A stretch of 64,000 nt of DNA from Candidatus Latescibacterota bacterium. GTDB taxonomy: Bacteria; Latescibacterota; UBA2968; GCA-2709665. The first letter of the stretch is position 1; each line of letters begins with the position of its first letter. The notes below the pieces were generated by a model. The model ran no database searches and had not been told where the DNA came from. It saw nothing but the letters and a program-made list of their open reading frames with translations. This document shows positions 58,448-64,000 of the stretch, piece by piece. A program made the position numbers and the translations under genes. The stretch lies in assembly GCA_965222075.1 (NCBI GenBank), contig OZ244937.1, positions 4,288,001 to 4,352,000 on the forward strand, written 5' to 3'.

Positions 58448-59974
58448 ATGCGACCAACCTATGACGTCATCGTCGTTGGGGGCGGCGGTAGCGGGCTGGC
58501 GGCGGCGGTGAGCGCGGCGGAGCACGGCGCGTCTGTGCTGCTCTTAGAGAAGCAGTCTCAACTGGGCGGCACAACCGGGATTGCCGTGGGGTCGTTCAGC
58601 GCCAACCGCACGCGGTTGCAGCAACAGGCCGGCATCCGGGACGATGTGGACGCCCACGCCGAGGACGCGGGCAAGTTTGCGCCGGCCGACATCGAGGGCC
58701 GAAACGCGGAGATGCTGCGCCGGTTCTTCTTAAGCCACAGCGCGGAGACGCTGCACTGGTTGATGGGGATGGGGCTGCGCTTTCGGGGGCCGAATCCGGA
58801 GCCGCCCAACCGGGTACCGCGCATGCACAATGTGGTGCCCGGCGCCAAAGCCTACATCGCCACGCTTCAGGCCCGGCTGCTGCGTGAAGGGGGCACGACT
58901 CTCTGCGACGCGCCGGTTGAAGCGCTCCTCAAGGACGACTCGGGCGTGACCGGCGTTGTGGCCAGTGTAAAGGGCGCGCGTACCGAGTTCGGGGCCGTGC
59001 GCGGCGTGGTGCTTGCCGCGGGGGATTATGCCAATGCTCCGGAGCTGATCGGGCGGTTCAAGGGGGACCGATTCACCCAGATCGAAGGGATCAATCCCCA
59101 CGCCGGAGGGGACGGGCACGTGCTTGCCGAACAGGCCGGGGCCAGGCTGATTAACATGGATATTACCTACGGTCCGGAGATCCGGTTTGTCGCCCCGGAG
59201 GGGCAGTCGTTTCAACAGCTCCTGCCAACCCGTGGACCATTTGCCTCCCTGGTGGGAAAGCTGGCGCCCTTTGTGCCGCAGTTTGTGATGGCTATGATGA
59301 TCAGGCGCCTGCTGGTGACGTGGCAGCACCCGGAGGACGCGCTGTTTGACGACGGGGCGATCCTGGTGAACGCAAACGGCGAACGGTTCTGCGACGAGAC
59401 CACCTGGCCGGACCGGGAGATTGCAGTTGCACAGCAGCCGGACAAGGTGTGCTATATCCTGCTCGACGAACGGATCATCGAGCGTTACAGCCGGTGGCCG
59501 CACTACATCTCAACGGCGCCGAAGATCGCCTATGCTTATGTTGCGGACTACCTGAAGCTCCGGCCGGATGTGACCACAGCGGGTCCGTTGAAGACGGTGG
59601 CCGACCGGCGCGGTATTCCTGCAGCCGCGCTTCGGTTTACCGTTGAGGCCTGCAACCGGGAGCGGGCAGGCACAGGTCAGCCCCCGCTTAAAGGCGATCG
59701 CTGGGTGCTCTTCGGACCGGCGAAGGCTTATTTTACCACCACCGAGGGGAGTGCGGCGATCAACCAGGCGTTTCAGGTGCTGGACGAGAACGACCGGCCG
59801 ATTCCGGGGCTTTATGCGGTCGGGCAGAATGGACTTGGAGGACAAATTCTCTGGAGCCACGGGCTTCACATCGCCTGGGCGATGACGAGCGGGCGGCTGG
59901 TGGGGAAGATGCTGGGGACGAGGGGGTTCAGTAGCAGTAACAGGGGTAGGAAGCTGCCTGCTGCTGCCTTTTAG
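58448..59974 (+). CDS. FAD-dependent oxidoreductase (fumarate reductase / 3-ketosteroid dehydrogenase flavoprotein family)
   Basis: DVIVVGGGGSG, LEK..LGGTT, GDG, ILVNANGERF, IPGLYAVG. Confidence 0.85.
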   Translation: MRPTYDVIVVGGGGSGLAAAVSAAEHGASVLLLEKQSQLGGTTGIAVGSFSANRTRLQQQAGIRDDVDAHAEDAGKFAPADIEGRNAEMLRRFFLSHSAETLHWLMGMGLRFRGPNPEPPNRVPRMHNVVPGAKAYIATLQARLLREGGTTLCDAPVEALLKDDSGVTGVVASVKGARTEFGAVRGVVLAAGDYANAPELIGRFKGDRFTQIEGINPHAGGDGHVLAEQAGARLINMDITYGPEIRFVAPEGQSFQQLLPTRGPFASLVGKLAPFVPQFVMAMMIRRLLVTWQHPEDALFDDGAILVNANGERFCDETTWPDREIAVAQQPDKVCYILLDERIIERYSRWPHYISTAPKIAYAYVADYLKLRPDVTTAGPLKTVADRRGIPAAALRFTVEACNRERAGTGQPPLKGDRWVLFGPAKAYFTTTEGSAAINQAFQVLDENDRPIPGLYAVGQNGLGGQILWSHGLHIAWAMTSGRLVGKMLGTRGFSSSNRGRKLPAAAF

Positions 59975-59985
59975 GAGGCCTTTTG

Positions 59986-60831
59986 TTGATCACTCGATAT
60001 CCGCTGAGTATCCAATTCAAGGCAGGGCGGGAGGTGATGGAGCGGTTCGGGATGATGACCGAGGCGCCCACGCGGCTTGTTCTTGAGGCTGCCGATGCCG
60101 TGGCGGATCGGGTTGTAAGCGCGCACGCGCCGTACAGCACGGGGTGCGCCCGTTTGAGTATTGCCGATCTGGACGATGCGGTTCGAGAGGTGTCGATCGA
60201 TCAGCTCGGGCGGTATATTGAGGCGGTTGCGGCGCTATTTCCAAACCTCAAGAAGGTGAATATGCACGGTTCGCCCCGCCGGTGGGTCAGCAGAAGTCGA
60301 ACGCTGGTGGGCGATTACGATCGGCTGATTGACGGGGTGCGCCACCTGGCAGGAATTGCAGGCCGGTACGGTCTGGAGCTGGTCTTGGAGAACAACCGGG
60401 CATACTGGGAAGGGGTGCCCGGGCGTGTGCCGGCGGACCGGGTGAATCGGGAGGCACAGAACGAGTACTTCGGAACGGCGCCGGAGGAGTGGATGCAGAT
60501 CCAGGCGGATGTGGATCGGTCGAATGTGTTCCTCTGTCTGGACCCGAGCCACGCATGCACGTACGCCCACACCTTTGTGGAGGTGGAGAAGCGGCGGGAG
60601 AGGATGATGGCCTTTCTGAACGCGGGAGAGGCGCTGCGGCACGTGCACTGGAACGGGAACGATCTGGAATCTGTGAAGGGACGGCAGGATAGGCACCTGT
60701 GTATTGGCGCCGATACGCTGCCACCGGCGTTTCACCGGGCGATTAAGGGGCTGGACGCTACGCTCCTGCTGGAGCATTTTTACTCGGTGGAAGAACTGGA
60801 GGCCGAGTTGGGGTTTATCGAGAGGTTGTAA
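59986..60831 (+). CDS. TIM-barrel sugar phosphate isomerase/epimerase-like protein
   Basis: LVLEN, CLDPSH, HVHW.., DRHL, LLLEH metal-ligand pattern. Confidence 0.75.
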   Translation: MITRYPLSIQFKAGREVMERFGMMTEAPTRLVLEAADAVADRVVSAHAPYSTGCARLSIADLDDAVREVSIDQLGRYIEAVAALFPNLKKVNMHGSPRRWVSRSRTLVGDYDRLIDGVRHLAGIAGRYGLELVLENNRAYWEGVPGRVPADRVNREAQNEYFGTAPEEWMQIQADVDRSNVFLCLDPSHACTYAHTFVEVEKRRERMMAFLNAGEALRHVHWNGNDLESVKGRQDRHLCIGADTLPPAFHRAIKGLDATLLLEHFYSVEELEAELGFIERL

Positions 60832-60902
60832 TAGAGAGAACTGCGACCGGGTAATTTACAGGCGGCGGCCGCCGTTTCTGTTTTTTAAGCTGGAATCCGT
60901 AG

Positions 60903-61730
60903 CTACGCTTTCAGATTCGGCTCTCTGGGCAGCAGTCGCTGGGGCTGTACGATCTGACGGCGTTGGGGGGTGAGGCGCTCCAGGAGCTCCGGGGAGGGCT
61001 GGTACCCGTGGCGGAAGTTGCCCCAGGAAGGTCCGTAACGGTAGACCACAGTCCGCCGGACGCCCGGGTTGACCCGCTTTGCGGAGCCGTGGGAGATCCC
61101 GTCTAAGAACAACAGCGCATCTCCGGCCGCCATGTGCACCTGGATCGCACCCTCAAGCCCTTCCACCGAAGAACCCTTTCCCATCCGGTGCCTGTCGTAG
61201 TGCGGGTGCTTGAAATTGGATTTGTGGCTGCCCGGAATCAGCATGGTGCCGCCGTCGCCGGGGCCGATGTCGGTCAGCGCGGCGAGGATGTTGACCTGCC
61301 CGCACATGAACCGGCCGCCGTGATACCGGAACTGGCCGCGCATGGTGGGAGGGTGGCCGCCGGAGTGCAGGCCGATGGCCTCTCCCGGTTCCCGGAAGTT
61401 GGCGAAGTTCTCGTCAATGAAGAGGGGGCCGTGGTGGAAATCGAAGGTTCCTTCTCCTCCCACGAAGTATTTCACTTTGTCGATCCAGGCGGGGTGATCG
61501 ATCAGCTTTTCAAAAGGCTCGCCTGCCTCGTAGATCTGCTGGAGGTTGAGGCCGGATGTGCCGTCGCCGTAGTGGTGCGCCTGGATATGGCCATACCATT
61601 CGCCGGGTCTCAGGGGAGGTATGGCGTCCAAACATGCGTTGAGGTCCGCAACCTCCCCTGGCGTCAGCGCCTGCTTTAGAACCAGGTACCCCCGCAGATC
61701 GAACAGGTAGATATCGAGATCGGATACCAT
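60903..61730 (-). CDS. PhyH-family Fe/2OG dioxygenase with HxG motif
   Basis: YLFDLRGYLV, LHSGG, DGGTMLIPGSHK, HGS...RR. Confidence 0.85.
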   Translation of the reverse strand: MVSDLDIYLFDLRGYLVLKQALTPGEVADLNACLDAIPPLRPGEWYGHIQAHHYGDGTSGLNLQQIYEAGEPFEKLIDHPAWIDKVKYFVGGEGTFDFHHGPLFIDENFANFREPGEAIGLHSGGHPPTMRGQFRYHGGRFMCGQVNILAALTDIGPGDGGTMLIPGSHKSNFKHPHYDRHRMGKGSSVEGLEGAIQVHMAAGDALLFLDGISHGSAKRVNPGVRRTVVYRYGPSWGNFRHGYQPSPELLERLTPQRRQIVQPQRLLPREPNLKA

Positions 61731-61950
61731 AAACGAATCCTTATTCAGGCATAGGGTAGACTGCCTTGCAAAAACGTCTGGTGATTGCATAAGTATAAAA
61801 TTGCCTGAGGACCGCGTCAAGCCAATTCCCATTGTGCGAGGATGACGGCTCGCGGGTCTGCTTGACATTCCCTGCGGATTCGCTTATTCTGGGCTTCCGA
61901 TCGTGCTCTAATGCGGTGTTTTTTTGGTTCTTGTTCTTTTGGAGGTGGCG

Positions 61951-62982
61951 ATGAACTCGCCTGGCGCACAGCAGGCCGACCCGCCGTTCTACCGGGATAA
62001 GATGCGGATGCTGGTTTATCTGGATGGCGATGGCAGGGAGCAGGCGATTGCAGAGGCCGGGGACTGGCCAAAACGGCGGGCGCACATTCTGGCCAATATG
62101 CAGCTTGTGATGGGGCCGCTGCCCGACCGGTCGCGTCTTGCGCCGCTCGATATGGAGGTGCTCGAGACGGAGGAACTGCCTGGGGTGGTGCGGAAGAGGG
62201 TGAGGTTTGTTTCGGAGCCGGGGGACCGGGTACCGGCCTATTTGCTGATTCCCAAGGGGCTGGAGGGGAAGGTGCCGGCGATGCTCTGTTTGCACCAGAC
62301 GACAGAGATCGGCAAGGGGGAGCCGGCGGGCCTGGGGGGCAAGCCGAATCTGCACTATGCGCTGGAACTGGCCAAACGGGGGTACGTGACGCTGGTGCCG
62401 GACTATCCGAATTTCGGGGATTATGAATTTGACCCGTACGAACAGAGCTATATGAGCGCGACGATGAAGGGAATCTGGAACCACATGCGGGCGGTGGACC
62501 TGCTGCAGTCGCTGCCAGAGGTGGATGCGGAGCGCATCGGCTGCATCGGGCATTCGCTGGGGGGGCACAATACGATGTACGCCGCCGCCTTCGATACGCG
62601 GATTCGGGTGATGGTTTCCAGCTGTGGGTTCAATTCGTTTGCCAAGTATTACGGTGGAGATCTGACGGGGTGGAGCCACAAGGGGTATATGCCGCGTATT
62701 GTCGATGTGTACGGGAAGGATCCGAAGCGGATGCCGTTCGATTTTACCGAGGTGGTGGCCGTGCTGGCGCCCCGGGCGGTTTTTGTGAATGCGCCGGTGA
62801 ACGACGGCAATTTTGAGGTGTCGGGGGTGCGGGATTGTATCGAGGCGGCAGTGCCGGTTTACGAGATGCTGGTGGCGGGGGATCAGCTGGTGGCGGTGTA
62901 CCCGGATGCGGGACACGATTTTCCGCCGGATGTGCGGGAACAGGCATATGCGTTTGTCGATGGGGTGCTGAAGAGGCGGTAG
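61951..62982 (+). CDS. Alpha/beta hydrolase (dienelactone hydrolase-like)
   Basis: IGHSLGG nucleophile elbow, LAPRA, GHDF. Confidence 0.88.
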   Translation: MNSPGAQQADPPFYRDKMRMLVYLDGDGREQAIAEAGDWPKRRAHILANMQLVMGPLPDRSRLAPLDMEVLETEELPGVVRKRVRFVSEPGDRVPAYLLIPKGLEGKVPAMLCLHQTTEIGKGEPAGLGGKPNLHYALELAKRGYVTLVPDYPNFGDYEFDPYEQSYMSATMKGIWNHMRAVDLLQSLPEVDAERIGCIGHSLGGHNTMYAAAFDTRIRVMVSSCGFNSFAKYYGGDLTGWSHKGYMPRIVDVYGKDPKRMPFDFTEVVAVLAPRAVFVNAPVNDGNFEVSGVRDCIEAAVPVYEMLVAGDQLVAVYPDAGHDFPPDVREQAYAFVDGVLKRR

Positions 62983-63019
62983 GGGGATTTTGCGGATGGC
63001 TCCTTCAGGAGGAGTAGGG

Positions 63020-64000
63020 ATGGATTGGAAAATACTGGCGCCGAAGGGGAATTTTCAGACGGTTGAGGAAGCGGCCCGGGGGGAACAGGAGGTGGACTGG
63101 ATGGCGGAGGAGGGGGCCGAACAGGAGGCCTGTACGCTGGCGTTTGCGGCGGTGGAGGCTGCGGAATTTCTGTCGAAGATCCCCGATGTTCAGGCAGAGG
63201 TCGATGCGTTTGAAGGGGTGTTTCCGGAGGCGCCGTTTATCGCGGTTCTGGGGCCCTCCGCTTTTGCGGAGGCGCGCGAAAGGGTCAGCGTTGGAGAGGC
63301 AGCGCTTCTGGAGGTGGAACAGTCTTTTGTGATCAAGACGGTGAGGGAGCAGAATGCCTGCGGGTATCTTGTGCTGGGGAGCGACAGGGCCGGGGCGCTG
63401 TACGGCGTTTATGAGTTGCTTGAGCAAATGGGGTCTCGGTGGCTGGGACCCGCTGAGTATGACACCCATATTCCCGAGGCGCTTCCCGGTCCGCTTCCGG
63501 ACCTGGATATGAGCCGGTCGCCTTCGTTTGTCACGCGGGGGTTTCATGGGAATGAGGACCGGGGAGGAAAGACTTTCCTGCTGTGGATGGTCCGAAACAA
63601 ACTGAATCTGTGGTTCTCTGCCGAATCTGACAAGCCGTTTTGTCGCAAGCTGTGTTTGAAATTCGAAGCCGGTGGACACAGTATTTTTCACCGGTATGTA
63701 CCGCCATCCAGGTATTTTGCCGATTACCCCGAATGGTATGCGCTTTCGGGAGGAGAACGGAAAGGCGAAATTAACCGGGGTGTGGGGTATAATATCTGTT
63801 TTTCCAATGAGGATGTGAGAAAGACCCTGGCTGAAAATCTGGTGGAAGACCTGATTTCGGGAGAAAATCAATGGACGGATACGATCCGGGTCTGGCCTCT
63901 TGACAACGGGATATGGTGTGAGTGCGAGGATTGTCAAAAGCTGGGGAATCCCACCGACCAGACCCTGCTGCTCGCCCACGACTGCCGCCAGGCCATTCTC
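63020..64000 (+). CDS. DUF4838-domain protein (glycoside hydrolase-like), runs off window end
   Basis: Open frame from AGGAGG-ATG 63020: GSDRAGALYGVYELLE..G.RW, PSF..RG, ICFSN, WCECEDC. Confidence 0.78.
   Translation, partial: MDWKILAPKGNFQTVEEAARGEQEVDWMAEEGAEQEACTLAFAAVEAAEFLSKIPDVQAEVDAFEGVFPEAPFIAVLGPSAFAEARERVSVGEAALLEVEQSFVIKTVREQNACGYLVLGSDRAGALYGVYELLEQMGSRWLGPAEYDTHIPEALPGPLPDLDMSRSPSFVTRGFHGNEDRGGKTFLLWMVRNKLNLWFSAESDKPFCRKLCLKFEAGGHSIFHRYVPPSRYFADYPEWYALSGGERKGEINRGVGYNICFSNEDVRKTLAENLVEDLISGENQWTDTIRVWPLDNGIWCECEDCQKLGNPTDQTLLLAHDCRQAIL

Noticed and set aside
63005-63979. 324-aa minus-strand ORF
   Set aside because: Antisense to the plus-strand DUF4838-like gene, which is missing from the ORF track only because it has no stop in the window.

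Overview
GC-rich bacterial chromosomal window. Gene content (DUF6785 membrane protein, DUF2961, DUF4838, sulfatase, several PhyH, Gfo/Idh/MocA and TIM-barrel enzymes) resembles Latescibacterota/Poribacteria-type heterotrophs; this taxonomic guess is inference only. The core is a minus-strand dcw cluster (mraZ-rsmH-ftsL-ftsI-murE-murF-ftsW-murG-murC-murB-ftsQ-ftsA-ftsZ) lacking mraY, murD and ddl, plus uppS-cdsA-dxr-rseP, gltA, infA and many catabolic genes. Main points for a second look: (1) an McrBC-like GTPase/nuclease pair split by two metabolic genes, with an unusual N-terminal domain on the GTPase; (2) a 171-bp MITE-like element with terminal inverted repeats and target duplication just upstream of the nuclease; (3) a ~360-nt nested-hairpin non-coding element at 54.5-54.8 kb, where strand G/C skew flips; (4) many internally deleted genes and stubs (kinase without H-box, NtrC-type regulator without AAA core, SlyD, alpha-2-macroglobulin, nitrilase, amidohydrolase); (5) intergenic 7-, 9- and 10-nt periodic repeats and REP-like palindromes. 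No rRNA, tRNA or CRISPR array was recognised. All family calls come from motif recognition by eye, not database searches.
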